Origin: Candidatus Bathyarchaeia archaeon
GTDB lineage: Archaea > Thermoproteota > Bathyarchaeia > 40CM-2-53-6
DNA length: 64,000 nt
Assembly: GCA_050013255.1 (NCBI GenBank)
Contig: JBEKFP010000001.1
Location: 224,001-288,000, forward strand
Direction of reading: 5' to 3'
Position 1 is the first letter of the stretch; each line of letters starts with the position of its first letter. Below, one piece after another: positions 46,243 through 57,217 of this stretch. The notes under the pieces were generated by a model, which was given only the letters and a program-made list of their open reading frames with translations, was not told where the DNA came from and ran no database searches. The position numbers and the translations under genes are program-made.

Positions 46243-49200
46243 TACTTCTTAACCTTCTCAGGCATGGTCATGTAAACTTCGATGAGTCCTGTACCCATAG
46301 GAACCTGTTGGCCGACGATTACGTTTTCTGCAACTCCGCGTAACATGTCCCGTGTGCCTTTGATTGCCGCATCTACGATTGTGGGTATGGTTATTTCAAA
46401 TGCTGCCTTGGCTAGCGTGCTGGCCTTCTCTCCACTCACACCATGCCTGCCGACTTGGAGGACATCACCTGACGAAGTCATAGCGTCGGCGACGAGCATA
46501 ACGTGCCGTATGTCGACATCGAGGCCTTGCTCTTCGAGAACCGATGCCGCCTCTTTTATGATTACGTTGCGTCCGGCTTCAATTCCCAGCACTTCAGCTA
46601 CCTCGTGCATATTGTTCGAAATTGTTCGGGTCGTATCTACGCCTTCGGTTTCAAGAGTTAATTCGAGGTTGGAACCCTCAGTTCGAATGACCCACTCGCT
46701 TTTCTCGCCGGTTTTCTCTTCCATGACTAGTGCACGTTTCACTTGTGGGATTCCTTTCACGTGCATCAACGGCAGCCGCAACACGAGCCTGTTGAATTGT
46801 GCTATGTCCATATCTTGCGGTGCGATGTGGACGGTGTTCCTTTCCACTTCTACTTTGCATCCGCCCGGGGTCACAGCCGCTTTCACGTCTTTGAGGGATA
46901 CTACTCTTTCCCTCATGGCTTCATTGTTCAGGGTGACGATAATTCGCATCTTTGTGATGTCCGATTCGAGGCTTGAAGCGATGTCGCCTAATGTTGTGTG
47001 AGTGATGCTTGTAGCAACTTCCTGCGCCTTCTCGCGGCTCGCGCGCAGTTTCTTGTCGAGGTAGACTATCATGCTTGGCGTGGATGGAATCTTCCGTGCG
47101 TCAACGATTTCGATTAGTCTTGGAAGGCCTAGGGTCACGTTCTGTTCTCTGACACCTGCAAAGTGGAATGTTCTAAGCGTCATCTGAGTTCCGGGCTCAC
47201 CTATTGATTGGGCTGAGACTATTCCTGCAGCTTCTCCAGGTTCGATCATCGATTTACGGTAGTTTTTGACGGCTTCCTTTATTGCTGCGTCAACTCCCTT
47301 CCGTGTGAGTTTCGCGCGGAGCAGGCTCTCTTTCAGTTGCCCCACGAGGCTTGGGGTGAGGTCTTTCTTGACATCTGCAACTTTCCTCTCAATGTAGGCC
47401 TTGCTAGCCTTTGCACCCTTCTCGATTGTGAGTTGGACCCGTTCCACAAGGCGTTCCGTATTCACTGCTTTGCCGTGGTCGCTTTTGGCGGTGTCAACTC
47501 CGTCTTCGCCATACCTGAATTGTATTATGTCGCCCCTTGAATCGCGAACTGTCCCATCATATTCAACCCGAATGTGTTCGAGTGCATTGATCAGCCTGCG
47601 TTGCATGTAGCCGCTTTGTTGCGTCCTCACCGCCGTGTCCACAAGTCCTTCTCTGCCGCCCATTGAGTGGAAGAAGAATTCCACCGGGGTTAAGCCCTCC
47701 TGGTAGGAGGCGTAGACGAACCCGCGTGCTTCTGCACCTACGTCGCCCCTTTCAAAGAATGGAAGTGCCCTGTCCCTGTAACCCCGCCTGATTCGCTGGC
47801 CTCGGATTGATTGTTGGCCTACAGTGGCCACCATTTGCGCAATGTTTAGCATTGAGCCGCGAGCTCCGGTCTTGGTCATTATGACTCCCGAATTGTCGGT
47901 CTCAGTCTTGAGGTACTGTTCTGCCAGCTCGCCGGCTTGGTCGCGTGCCTTGGAAAGTTCATCCATGATTCGAAGTTCAAGGGATTCTTGAACCGTACGG
48001 CCAGGTAGCCTTTCAAGCGTTTTCTTTTTGTATTGCTCAATAAGCTCTTGAACATGTTCTTCGGCCTTCTTAACCGCCTTAGAAATCTTGTCTCTGACCG
48101 AGGCTGAAATATCGAGTTCATCAATTCCGTAGCTAAATCCTCGCAGCGTTATGAAACGGTCAAGGAGTTTGATCAAGCCGTTTAGGAAGATGCGGCCTGG
48201 TTCAGAACCGCTGTCTTTCACTATCCGGTGGAAGAGGGTTTCGGAACGTTCAGCACCGATTGTGTTCTTGTCGATGACTCCTTCGATTAACATCCCGTCT
48301 TTTACTACGACAGAGCTACCGTCTTCCTGCGTGACCATGCTCGATTTGGCCACGAAGTTGAAACCCGCCGGAAGGAATAAGCTGAAGATTTGCTTTCCGC
48401 TCCAGAGCTCATCCGGGCGCTTTATCTCGGGTGCCGGGAGTTCCCCGTTGTACCCTGCCGCAACCAGGAGCCTTCCAACCTCTTCTTTGGTCAAGTAGGT
48501 TGACTTTCTTGTGAGGAGATATGCTGACGTGAGCAAGTCGGTTTTTGCGCCAATTATTGGGCCTCCATAGCGTGGTGAGAGAATCTGGTCTTGTACTTGC
48601 ATGAGGAGTTTTGCTTCCGTTCTTGCCTCCTCGCCTTGGGGGACATGAAGGTTCATTTCGTCGCCATCAAAGTCCGCATTGTACGGCGGGCATACGCATG
48701 GGTTGAGCCTGAAGGTCTTGTAGGGGAGTACTTTCACAGTGTGCGCCATTATCGACATTCGGTGAAGCGAAGGTTGTCGGTTGAAGAGGACAATGTCTCC
48801 ATCCCTAATGTGGCGTTCCACAATGAACCCTGGCTGAATTGCGTCAGCTAGGCTTTCACGTTCAGTGACGAATTCCAATCTGACTCTGCGCCCATCGGGC
48901 CTTACAATGTAGAGGGCGCCAGGGTATTGGTCTGGGCCGTTTCTGATGAGTCGTTTCAACTCATCAACATTCCAAGGTGTGACCCTCTCGGGAATAGTGA
49001 GTCGCTGGGCGACGTCGAGTGGTACGCCGACTTCGTTGATGTCGATATTTGGATCGGGTGAGATTACGGTCCTAGCCGAGAAGTCAACACGCTTTCCAGA
49101 AAGGTTACCCCTGAATCTTCCTTCTTTGCCTTTGAGCCTTTGGCTGAGCGTTTTCAGGGCACGCCCAGACCTATGTCGTGCAGGTGGTAGGCCGGAAACC

Positions 49201-50063
49201 TCGTTGTCAAAGTAGGTAGTGACGTGATATTGGAGTAGTTCGTGAAGTTCCTGGATGATGTTGACGGGAACACCTGACTCTAGGGCTTCCTTCAGTTTCT
49301 GATTTATCCTGATAATGTCGACAAGCTTGTGCGTAAGGTCGTCCTCTGAGCGTATTCCTGACTCGAGTGTGATGGAGGGGCGGACCGTTACAGCCGGGAC
49401 GGGTAGAACTTGCAGGATCATCCACTCAGGCCGTGCAGCGGTGGGCTCCATACCTAATAATCGAAGGTCGTCGTCTGGGATCCTTTCTAGCCGCTCGCGA
49501 ATCTGGCTTGGGTTTAACCTAGCGGCGCCGCCTTCCACCATTTCATGGAAGGTTGTTGGTTTCGCATGTTCAATTGGGTTTTGACGAGCTCCGCAGTGTG
49601 GGCATTCCTGGCTCTTCTTCGCATCCTTCATGACAGTTTCGTAGAATGTAGATGGAATTTCGTTGAGTTGCTTCTGCTGTCTTTGCATCAGTTCATTATA
49701 TGACTTGATTTTGTCGGCTGAGAGTAATATGCGTCCACAGTTTCGGCACGTCACTTGGAGCAGTTTGTGAAGCAGCTTCGCAAAAGCTACGTGAACCACT
49801 GGTTCCGCTAGCTCGATATGTCCGAAGTGTCCGGGGCATGCAGAGGCAGTGTTGCCGCACGTCTTGCATTTCTGTCGTGGTTCTAAGGTGCCTAGTCGGC
49901 CGTCCATCAAGCCCGAAACGATTGGGAGACCATCCTCGTCGTACGTGTCGGCCGTTTGGATCTCTACCGCGGAGAGTTTGCGTATTTCGCTCGGGGAAGT
50001 GAGAGTGAAATGTATACTGCCGATTACCTTAGTTGGTTCTTCAGCTACTGACATTCTAAGCAC
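46242..50063 (-). CDS. rpoA1: RNA polymerase largest subunit, fused A'+A''
   Basis: CPGHFGHI and YNADFDGDEMN followed in frame by AQSIGEPGTQMTLRTFH and ENVIVGQ..GTG. Confidence 0.96.
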   Translation of the reverse strand: MLRMSVAEEPTKVIGSIHFTLTSPSEIRKLSAVEIQTADTYDEDGLPIVSGLMDGRLGTLEPRQKCKTCGNTASACPGHFGHIELAEPVVHVAFAKLLHKLLQVTCRNCGRILLSADKIKSYNELMQRQQKQLNEIPSTFYETVMKDAKKSQECPHCGARQNPIEHAKPTTFHEMVEGGAARLNPSQIRERLERIPDDDLRLLGMEPTAARPEWMILQVLPVPAVTVRPSITLESGIRSEDDLTHKLVDIIRINQKLKEALESGVPVNIIQELHELLQYHVTTYFDNEVSGLPPARHRSGRALKTLSQRLKGKEGRFRGNLSGKRVDFSARTVISPDPNIDINEVGVPLDVAQRLTIPERVTPWNVDELKRLIRNGPDQYPGALYIVRPDGRRVRLEFVTERESLADAIQPGFIVERHIRDGDIVLFNRQPSLHRMSIMAHTVKVLPYKTFRLNPCVCPPYNADFDGDEMNLHVPQGEEARTEAKLLMQVQDQILSPRYGGPIIGAKTDLLTSAYLLTRKSTYLTKEEVGRLLVAAGYNGELPAPEIKRPDELWSGKQIFSLFLPAGFNFVAKSSMVTQEDGSSVVVKDGMLIEGVIDKNTIGAERSETLFHRIVKDSGSEPGRIFLNGLIKLLDRFITLRGFSYGIDELDISASVRDKISKAVKKAEEHVQELIEQYKKKTLERLPGRTVQESLELRIMDELSKARDQAGELAEQYLKTETDNSGVIMTKTGARGSMLNIAQMVATVGQQSIRGQRIRRGYRDRALPFFERGDVGAEARGFVYASYQEGLTPVEFFFHSMGGREGLVDTAVRTQQSGYMQRRLINALEHIRVEYDGTVRDSRGDIIQFRYGEDGVDTAKSDHGKAVNTERLVERVQLTIEKGAKASKAYIERKVADVKKDLTPSLVGQLKESLLRAKLTRKGVDAAIKEAVKNYRKSMIEPGEAAGIVSAQSIGEPGTQMTLRTFHFAGVREQNVTLGLPRLIEIVDARKIPSTPSMIVYLDKKLRASREKAQEVATSITHTTLGDIASSLESDITKMRIIVTLNNEAMRERVVSLKDVKAAVTPGGCKVEVERNTVHIAPQDMDIAQFNRLVLRLPLMHVKGIPQVKRALVMEEKTGEKSEWVIRTEGSNLELTLETEGVDTTRTISNNMHEVAEVLGIEAGRNVIIKEAASVLEEQGLDVDIRHVMLVADAMTSSGDVLQVGRHGVSGEKASTLAKAAFEITIPTIVDAAIKGTRDMLRGVAENVIVGQQVPMGTGLIEVYMTMPEKVKK

Positions 50064-53000
50064 GCTCCGATACTTCTAGGCGCGGCGCTATGCCGAGCGC
50101 CATCAGTTCCTGCAGTAACAGTTTGAATGCGTAGGACAGCTGCACGCCGGATATGACGGCTTTGTCGCCGTCGATCCGACAAACGTACTTGTTCTGTTTC
50201 ACGTCGTGGTAGGCCAATAAGCCGCACACTTCGCAAACCATAACCGTGTACTTATCGGATTCCTCAAGGAGCCGGTCTCGCAAGAGCGCCGACGCGCCGT
50301 GGCCAATTAAGCAATCCCGTTCCATTTCGCCGAATCTGAGGCCCCCGCCCCTAGCGCGACCTTCTGTTGGTTGTCGTGTGAGCATCTGTACTTGCCCGCG
50401 AGCGCGTGCATGCATTTTGTCGGCGACCATGTGGTGTAGTTTCTGGTAGTAGACGACTCCGATGAAGACATCGGCGACAAGTTTCTTGCCGTCTATTCCG
50501 TTGTAGAGGACTTCTCTTCCGCTGTGTTGGAAACCTAACTCGAGAAGCTCATCCCGCAAAGCAGCGGGGCCTTCGTTACTGAAAGCGGTTCCATCGACGG
50601 GTTCGCCTCGAAGGCTTGCAACCTTCCCTCCGACTGCTTCAACAAACTGGCCGATAGTCATGCGCGATGGGATCGCATGCGGATTAATGATAACGTCGGG
50701 CACGATTCCCTGTTCGGTGAAGGGCATGTTCTCTTGTGGGATCAGCGTTCCGATGACACCTTTTTGTCCGTGCCTTGATGCGAATTTGTCACCGAGTTCT
50801 GGTATCCGCGTGTCTCGAACGCGGGCTTTCACTAGCCGGTTGCCCTCAATCGATTCGCTGAGGAAAACTGCGTCCACTATGCCTTGTTCTGATGGGCGCA
50901 TGCCGACCGATGAATCCCGTTTTGTTGGCCCCTTGACCTCGAATTCCCGGTATTCTTCAAGGAACCTTGGTGGGCTCGTTCTACCGATTAGCACGGAGTT
51001 TCCGGTGACTTCTGATTCAACCGAAATGACACCGTCTTCTTCCAAGAGCCTGTAGTACCTGTCACCCCTGTAGCCTCGAATTCCCGCTTCAGGTACTTCG
51101 AACTTATCGCGTAGGCCACCGAGGTATTGCCTGCACTCTCCTTCGTAGACTCTGTAGAAGGTTGAACGGAAGAGTCCGCGGTCGACGGATGACTTGTTGA
51201 TGATGATAGCGTCTTCCATGTTGTAGCCTTGGTAGCAGAGAAGTGCTACCACGCAATTCTGTCCGGCCGGCCTGCTGTCATACTTGATGATGTCCATGGG
51301 TTTCGTTCTGACGACAGGAACCTGTGGGTAGTGTAGGATATGGGCACGGGAGTCAGTGCGGTTTGCGTAGTTAACGCAGAAAACGCCAAGCGCTTGCTTC
51401 GCCATCGCTGATTCGTAGGCGTTGCGTGGTGATTGGTTGTGTTCTGGATAGGGAATCAGGGATGCACAGATCCCGAGTATTGTGTATGGGGCAATTTCGA
51501 GGTGTGTGGTTTTTTCGTTGATTCGGTTTGGTGATGGTGCGATTAGAGTGCTTTCTTCCTCGTCGGCGTCCAAGTACTCAATGACGCCTCTGTCCACCAA
51601 ATCTTCCCAACGCATCTCGCCCCGCTGAACTGCTTCTACGTGTTCACGCGTTAAGCGTGGCTTAGAATTCTCAACGATAATTAGCGGCCTTCTCACTCGA
51701 CCTTGGTCGCAGTTAACGTAAAGATCCTGTCTTCCTCCTTCAAATTGTGGCGGGGAATAGGCGACATTCACTTCGGAACTTATTTCAGCACTTCTTCGCA
51801 TCTGAATGAGTTCCGCCGAAAGCTTGTCTGCTTCGCTAACGTACCCTGCAATCAGGCCGTCAACGAAAACCTTCGCGCCCACTTCACGAAGCTTGCTGTC
51901 GGCTTCATCTACTGTGATTACACCCATCCTTCGGAGTTTGGAAACGAATTCTCGCGAATCAACACCGATGGATATGACGGCGCTGAGGGCGAGGTTCTTG
52001 ACGAGACCGCAGTTCGAGCCTTCAGGGGTTTCGCTGGGACAGAGCCTCCCCCAATGTGTTGGGTGTAGGTCTCTGGCTTCTAGGTTTGGTTGGCTCCTGC
52101 TCAGCGGAGATTGGAGCCTTCGAAGGTGACTTAGTGTTGATGCGTAATTTGTTCGATCTAGGAGTTGGGTTACGCCGACTCGACCGCGAACCCAATTGCC
52201 GGTGGCTATCGCGTGCTGGATTCGTTCAGTGATAATTCCTGGACGAATTGCGTTACTTATTGAAAGTTCAGCGTGCCTGCGAATCGTGATTCTTTCAAGC
52301 TGATACTTGAGGTCACGGATGAGGTTCCGGAAGGATATTCGGAAAAGTTCGGCTAGTAGAGACCCCGCGAGCTTCAACCGTTTGTTCGCGTAATGGTCCT
52401 TGTCGTCGGGCCCCCTCATTCCAAGTTTCAGTTCAATTACTCTGCATCCGACTTCCGCGATGCATGCCGCCTTCTCCTTCCTGTCCTCAGGGTTCCGTCC
52501 AATATGTGGGAGAAAGTTTCTGTCAACGGAAGCTTCGGCCTTCTTTAACCGGTAATCTTCGACCTGGCCGGGAGCCAACCTGTTGCCAATGTAGAGGAGT
52601 GCGTCCCTCTGCGTGACGACTCCGACGGACTTCTCGAAGGTTGGTGCAAGTTGATTTTGAAGCGTCTCGTCAGTGGATATCATTTCGGCGATTTTCGAAT
52701 CTTCTTCGTAGCCGAGCGACTTTATCATCACTACTATTGGAATGTCCGATGGGACTCCAGGCATTGTGATGTACATAGCGCCGTCAGTTTTCAGAGTGAC
52801 TTCTGTTCTAGCCCTGAAGCCGACGGTAGTCGAGAAAATCTTGGCCTTATAGGTCGGGTGAACACCTGTTTGCTCTTTGTCCACGAGAATCTTGTTCGCT
52901 GCCAAATCTTCTAGCGCGACTACGACGCGTTCCGCGCCATTTACTATGAAGTAACCACCGGGGTCAATCGGGTCCTCACCAATGCTGATGAGTTCTTCAG

Positions 53001-53418
53001 GCGCCATGCGGGAAAGTGGGCAGATTTTCGAGCGGAGCATTACGGGGAAGTCCCCGATGTAGACAATCTCGGTCTGCCCTTCTCTTTCGCCAATAACTGG
53101 CGTCATTTCCAGATGTAAGGGAGCCGCGTAGGTGAGATTGCGAATTCTGGCTTCAGTGGGAAAAATCTGCCGTTCCGATCCGTCTACTTCAGTAACACGC
53201 GGCGTTCCAATCTCGATCTTCCCCAGCTTGATCTTCAGCGGGTAGTCTTCAATTTCAATCGGTATTTCTCCTGTCTCGTCGACAATAGCTTGCAGCCCAG
53301 TTTCGATGAATTCGTTATACGAGTCGATGTGCTGCCTAACCAGCCCTTTCTCGTCCAGGAAATGTTTGATTAGATCCCAGATTTGAGGGCTAACCATTCC
53401 ACTTGCTGTTACAGTCAT
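50056..53418 (-). CDS. rpoB: RNA polymerase subunit B (unsplit)
   Basis: GGYFIVNG, GDKFASRHGQKG, GLRFGEMERD motifs. Confidence 0.97.
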   Translation of the reverse strand: MTVTASGMVSPQIWDLIKHFLDEKGLVRQHIDSYNEFIETGLQAIVDETGEIPIEIEDYPLKIKLGKIEIGTPRVTEVDGSERQIFPTEARIRNLTYAAPLHLEMTPVIGEREGQTEIVYIGDFPVMLRSKICPLSRMAPEELISIGEDPIDPGGYFIVNGAERVVVALEDLAANKILVDKEQTGVHPTYKAKIFSTTVGFRARTEVTLKTDGAMYITMPGVPSDIPIVVMIKSLGYEEDSKIAEMISTDETLQNQLAPTFEKSVGVVTQRDALLYIGNRLAPGQVEDYRLKKAEASVDRNFLPHIGRNPEDRKEKAACIAEVGCRVIELKLGMRGPDDKDHYANKRLKLAGSLLAELFRISFRNLIRDLKYQLERITIRRHAELSISNAIRPGIITERIQHAIATGNWVRGRVGVTQLLDRTNYASTLSHLRRLQSPLSRSQPNLEARDLHPTHWGRLCPSETPEGSNCGLVKNLALSAVISIGVDSREFVSKLRRMGVITVDEADSKLREVGAKVFVDGLIAGYVSEADKLSAELIQMRRSAEISSEVNVAYSPPQFEGGRQDLYVNCDQGRVRRPLIIVENSKPRLTREHVEAVQRGEMRWEDLVDRGVIEYLDADEEESTLIAPSPNRINEKTTHLEIAPYTILGICASLIPYPEHNQSPRNAYESAMAKQALGVFCVNYANRTDSRAHILHYPQVPVVRTKPMDIIKYDSRPAGQNCVVALLCYQGYNMEDAIIINKSSVDRGLFRSTFYRVYEGECRQYLGGLRDKFEVPEAGIRGYRGDRYYRLLEEDGVISVESEVTGNSVLIGRTSPPRFLEEYREFEVKGPTKRDSSVGMRPSEQGIVDAVFLSESIEGNRLVKARVRDTRIPELGDKFASRHGQKGVIGTLIPQENMPFTEQGIVPDVIINPHAIPSRMTIGQFVEAVGGKVASLRGEPVDGTAFSNEGPAALRDELLELGFQHSGREVLYNGIDGKKLVADVFIGVVYYQKLHHMVADKMHARARGQVQMLTRQPTEGRARGGGLRFGEMERDCLIGHGASALLRDRLLEESDKYTVMVCEVCGLLAYHDVKQNKYVCRIDGDKAVISGVQLSYAFKLLLQELMALGIAPRLEVSERA

Positions 53419-53427
53419 AAATCCACC

Positions 53428-53694
53428 CTAACTATCAACAACATAACGATAAACGACAACTTCGCCAGCGGTCGCGCTCTTACGGGTAATACGCAAGATG
53501 TCACCCATCTTTGCTCCCAGGACTTCAGCAGTAGGATCACTACTCTTGATGTATGGGAGCTGATATGGCCTGATATGAAATTCCCGCATCAGTTCTTCTG
53601 CTTCTTTCTTGGAAAGAAGTTCATGTTTAGGGACAAAGGAATGTCCGAAAATATTGTATGACCTCTCCTTTTCGGTATCTTTCAATCTAGGCAT
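53428..53694 (-). CDS. rpoH: RNA polymerase subunit H (Rpo5)
   Basis: HSFVPKHELL, LP.I...DP, RKS.TAG...YRYV; ATG at 53694 preferred over the longer ORF. Confidence 0.93.
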   Translation of the reverse strand: MPRLKDTEKERSYNIFGHSFVPKHELLSKKEAEELMREFHIRPYQLPYIKSSDPTAEVLGAKMGDILRITRKSATAGEVVVYRYVVDS

Positions 53695-53923
53695 TCTCTC
53701 CACGGAGAAAAGGTTCATCCGGCCCTCGTTTGAAGCCCTTCCGAAACTTTCCGTACATGCACCGGGACCCACGCTAATAAAGTTTCGTCCACATCAAAGC
53801 GCTCCGCTAGACGAAGAAGCTGCTTCCGAAGCGAAATTTCGGAGCAGACGACGACTCGACGATCACATTCTATGTGGGAGCTCATTAATTATGTTTGAGG
53901 CACCCCAAACTAATCCAATCCCT

Positions 53924-54700
53924 TCACTCACGTCGATAAACCAGGGTTGAGCTTGCCTGGTCGGTAGGCAGCAAGACGATTTCGCTAACGTTAACGTGTG
54001 AGGGCCTGGTTATTGCGTAAAATACCGTGTCGGCAACATCATCAGCTGTTAACGGAGTCATACCCTTATAGGTCTGGGTGGCGCGCTCCCGGTTGCCACG
54101 AAACCTGACCTGCGCAAATTCAGTTTCCACAAGCCCCGGGCTAATTGTTGTAACACGGATTGGTGTGCCCAACAGGTCTTGCCTTAACCCATCCGACAGG
54201 ACCCTAACTGCAGCTTTGGATGCACAGTAGACGTTCCCACGAGGATATGTCTGGATGCCAGCAATGGAAGCAATGTTAACCACATGCCCCTTCCCTCGTT
54301 TCACCATCCCTGGAACAACCAGACGGGTGACGTAGAGCAGGCCTTTGACGTTGCTATCAATCATCTCTTCCCAGTCTTCGATATGCCCCTCATGCAACTT
54401 GTCGAAACCACGAGCGAGACCCGCATTGTTAATCAACACACCGATAGACTGCCACTCATTAGGGAGCGTTTCGAGAGCGGTCTTGACCTGGTCAGAGTTG
54501 CGGACGTCGAATGGCAGAACGAGGCTTGAAGTGCCGTAGCGCTCCTTCAATTCTGCAGCTAAGGCATTAAGGCGCTCCTCTCTACGTGCGTTCAAAATGA
54601 CTCTGGCACCGTTCTTGCTGCATACCCGTGCGCAAGCTGCGCCGATCCCGCTACTCGCGCCCGTGATTAGAACAATCTCATTCGTCAGCGTCTGCAACAC
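53924..54700 (-). CDS. SDR oxidoreductase (YdfG-like)
   Basis: TGASSGIG, NNAG, YCASK, PGLVET motifs. Confidence 0.92.
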   Translation of the reverse strand: MLQTLTNEIVLITGASSGIGAACARVCSKNGARVILNARREERLNALAAELKERYGTSSLVLPFDVRNSDQVKTALETLPNEWQSIGVLINNAGLARGFDKLHEGHIEDWEEMIDSNVKGLLYVTRLVVPGMVKRGKGHVVNIASIAGIQTYPRGNVYCASKAAVRVLSDGLRQDLLGTPIRVTTISPGLVETEFAQVRFRGNRERATQTYKGMTPLTADDVADTVFYAITRPSHVNVSEIVLLPTDQASSTLVYRRE

Positions 54701-54814
54701 CTACCTATAGACGAAGCAGTAAATCTGCCGTATATCAGAGCTTGCGTGCGCAGGTTAGGATTATCGTTAGTCTACCGGCTAGTATAGAGACTACAGACGG
54801 CATGGATATACTGT

Positions 54815-54846
54815 ATTCTAATCTTCGAATATTCGGCGAATGGAAT
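54815..54846. promoter_or_regulatory. Two tandem ATTC-N8-GAAT palindromes over the arsR start
   Basis: ATTCtaatcttcGAAT directly followed by ATTCggcgaatgGAAT. Confidence 0.7.
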
Positions 54847-55189
54847 GCTCTCGCCGACTAAGCAACGAATCCTGCAGCTACAATCTGAAATCTGTAAGAT
54901 ACTCTCCAATCCGAAACGCCTCCAAATCCTTCACGAACTCCGTGGTGGCGAAAAGACCGTGGGTGAATTGGCATCCAGCACCGCCTTGAAACAAGCAAAC
55001 GTTTCGCAGCATCTAGCGCTTATGCGACACCGAATGATTGTGGTTGAAAGGCGTGTTGGCAACACAGTGTTCTATCGAATTTCAGACCGGCGCATCAACG
55101 AGGCTTGTGACATCATGCAACAAGTCCTACTCACGCAGGCTGGCGAGGACTCGAAGTTGGTTAGGTTGGCGGTCACGTCCAGTCGCTAA
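54845..55189 (+). CDS. ArsR/SmtB family regulator with two Cys
   Basis: LSNPKRLQIL, VSQHLALM motifs; Cys in EICK and EACD. Confidence 0.92.
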   Translation: MLSPTKQRILQLQSEICKILSNPKRLQILHELRGGEKTVGELASSTALKQANVSQHLALMRHRMIVVERRVGNTVFYRISDRRINEACDIMQQVLLTQAGEDSKLVRLAVTSSR

Positions 55190-55197
55190 AAAAGGAG

Positions 55198-55704
55198 ATG
55201 AAAAAAATGCAAACCTTAGAACAGAAAACTGCTCCGCCGTTGAAACGAAATAGGCTCGTCATAATTTGCTCGAAAGGCAGCTTGGATATGGCTTATCCGC
55301 CGTTAATGTTGGCAACGACAGGCGCGGCGATGGGCATGGACGTACACCTCTACTTCACCTTCTGGGGAATGAACATGATTACGAAGAAGACAATTGACTC
55401 ACTAAAAATCTCCCCCGTCGGAAACCCAGCCCTCCCAATGCCGAACATTCTTGGAATGATTCCTGGAATGAGCAGCATGGTGACCTCAATGATGACAAAG
55501 AAAATGCAGAAAATGAAGATGCCCAGCATCAGAGAAATGATAGCTACTGCCAAGGAGAGCGGCGTCAAATTCCACGCGTGCTCCCCATCAATGAACATGA
55601 TGGGCCTGAAGAAGGAAGACTTGATTCCGGAAGTGGACGACATCATCGGCGCAACAACATACCTCGACCTAGCATCAGAAGACGCCATAACACTCTTCGT
55701 GTAA
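55198..55704 (+). CDS. DsrE2-like sulfur-relay protein
   Basis: LDMAYPP, FTFWG, GVKFHAC motifs. Confidence 0.88.
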   Translation: MKKMQTLEQKTAPPLKRNRLVIICSKGSLDMAYPPLMLATTGAAMGMDVHLYFTFWGMNMITKKTIDSLKISPVGNPALPMPNILGMIPGMSSMVTSMMTKKMQKMKMPSIREMIATAKESGVKFHACSPSMNMMGLKKEDLIPEVDDIIGATTYLDLASEDAITLFV

Positions 55705-55718
55705 ACTGAGGAACCCCC

Positions 55719-55979
55719 ATGTCAACACCTGAAACTGCAATCAAAACCCCCATCGTAGTTGACTCACGGGGCACAATGTGCCCCGGCCCCATTACGGACC
55801 TATTCAAAGCCTACCGCCACGCAAACATCGGCGACGTAATCGAACTCCTCGCCACCGACCCTGCGGCAAAAAGCGACACTCAGGCTTGGGCAAAACGAAG
55901 CGGAAACGAAATTCTGGAAATCGTTGACGAGAAAGACTACGTTCGAATCAAAGTACACATCGTCAAGAAAGGCCGGTAG
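55719..55979 (+). CDS. tusA: TusA family sulfur carrier
   Basis: DSRGTMCPGP and TDP...D..AW motifs. Confidence 0.88.
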   Translation: MSTPETAIKTPIVVDSRGTMCPGPITDLFKAYRHANIGDVIELLATDPAAKSDTQAWAKRSGNEILEIVDEKDYVRIKVHIVKKGR

Positions 55980-55991
55980 CAAGAAGTATCT

Positions 55992-57203
55992 ATGATGGCC
56001 CAACACCGGATCAACATTGTCATTGTTGGGGGTGGAACGGGAGGAACGTTAGCCGTTAATCTGTTGGCGAGCCACCTTCACCGGGAAATAAGAGCAGAAC
56101 AGGTGGGGGTGCAGCTCATCTGCGGCCAAAAGACCCACATTTTTCAACCTGGTTACCTACACGTCGCCTTCAAGGGCCTGAACCCGAGCGATATCATCCG
56201 CTCCGAAGAAGAGCTCGTCAATTCGGGCGTGAAGCTCATAGCTCAAGATGCGCAACGAATCGAATTGGCAGCGAAGACAGTGACGCTCGTATCCGGAGAG
56301 AAGATTAGCTATGACTATTTGGTAGTAGCAACGGGAAGCGTTCCGGACCCATCAGCGATTCCCGGCTTAAGTAAAGCTTCTCTAAACTTTCACACCAGCC
56401 CTGAGGAATCAAGAAAAATCTGGAATGCAATCCAGAACTTTGATGGAGGCCACGTCGTCGTCGGAATCGCCGGTGTACCACACAAGTGCCCCCCGTCGCC
56501 AAATGAAGCGGCCTTCCTAGTCGACGATTATTTCAGGGAGCAGGGTACACGTGATAAGGTGAAGATAACTTTCGTTACTCCATACCCACGGCCTTACCCT
56601 GCCGAGCCCATGTCCAAGGTTATCGAACCGCGTTTTCAGAAGCGCGGGATTGAAGTCGTGACATTCTTCAATGTTGAGTCCGTGGACCCAACAAAGCGTG
56701 AGGTCTATTCCCTCGAAGGCGAATCATTACAATACGATTTACTCATAATGGTTCCACCGCATCGTGGCGCTGACGTTGTGATGAAGTCGGGAATCGGAGA
56801 CGCGGATGGATGGATTCCCACCGACAAGGGCACACTTCGAATTGTAGACTATGAGAACACGTACGCGATTGGGGATGCTACGAACATCCCTGTCTCGAAG
56901 ACTGGCGTCACCGCACACCTGGAATCAATCGTTGCCGTAGACAACATCATATCCTCTATTCGGAAGAGCGGTAAGCTCTTCAAGTACAACGGGCGAATTA
57001 ACTGCCCGTTCGAGATGGGTTCGGGGCAAGCTTCGTTTGTCGTCGGATCCTACGACATGCCGGTGAAACAAATTCAGCCCTCACGAATTCGTTATATGAT
57101 GAAGAAAGCATTTGCCCGATTTTACTGGCGAACGTTGTCCGGAAGTTGGGATTGGTTGCTGAAAGCATATTTCGGGAGAACGTACACCATCGACACGACA
57201 TAA
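55992..57203 (+). CDS. Sulfide:quinone oxidoreductase-like flavoprotein
   Basis: GGGTGG, FQPG, KCPPSP.E, PPH.G, GDAT, SKTG motifs and a C-terminal Cys. Confidence 0.85.
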   Translation: MMAQHRINIVIVGGGTGGTLAVNLLASHLHREIRAEQVGVQLICGQKTHIFQPGYLHVAFKGLNPSDIIRSEEELVNSGVKLIAQDAQRIELAAKTVTLVSGEKISYDYLVVATGSVPDPSAIPGLSKASLNFHTSPEESRKIWNAIQNFDGGHVVVGIAGVPHKCPPSPNEAAFLVDDYFREQGTRDKVKITFVTPYPRPYPAEPMSKVIEPRFQKRGIEVVTFFNVESVDPTKREVYSLEGESLQYDLLIMVPPHRGADVVMKSGIGDADGWIPTDKGTLRIVDYENTYAIGDATNIPVSKTGVTAHLESIVAVDNIISSIRKSGKLFKYNGRINCPFEMGSGQASFVVGSYDMPVKQIQPSRIRYMMKKAFARFYWRTLSGSWDWLLKAYFGRTYTIDTT

Positions 57204-57217
57204 CGGGTGCAAGTGAG

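Noticed and set aside
46282-47001. 239-aa antisense ORF, and similar shadow ORFs opposite long genes
   Set aside because: Antisense to conserved genes such as rpoA; explained by codon bias
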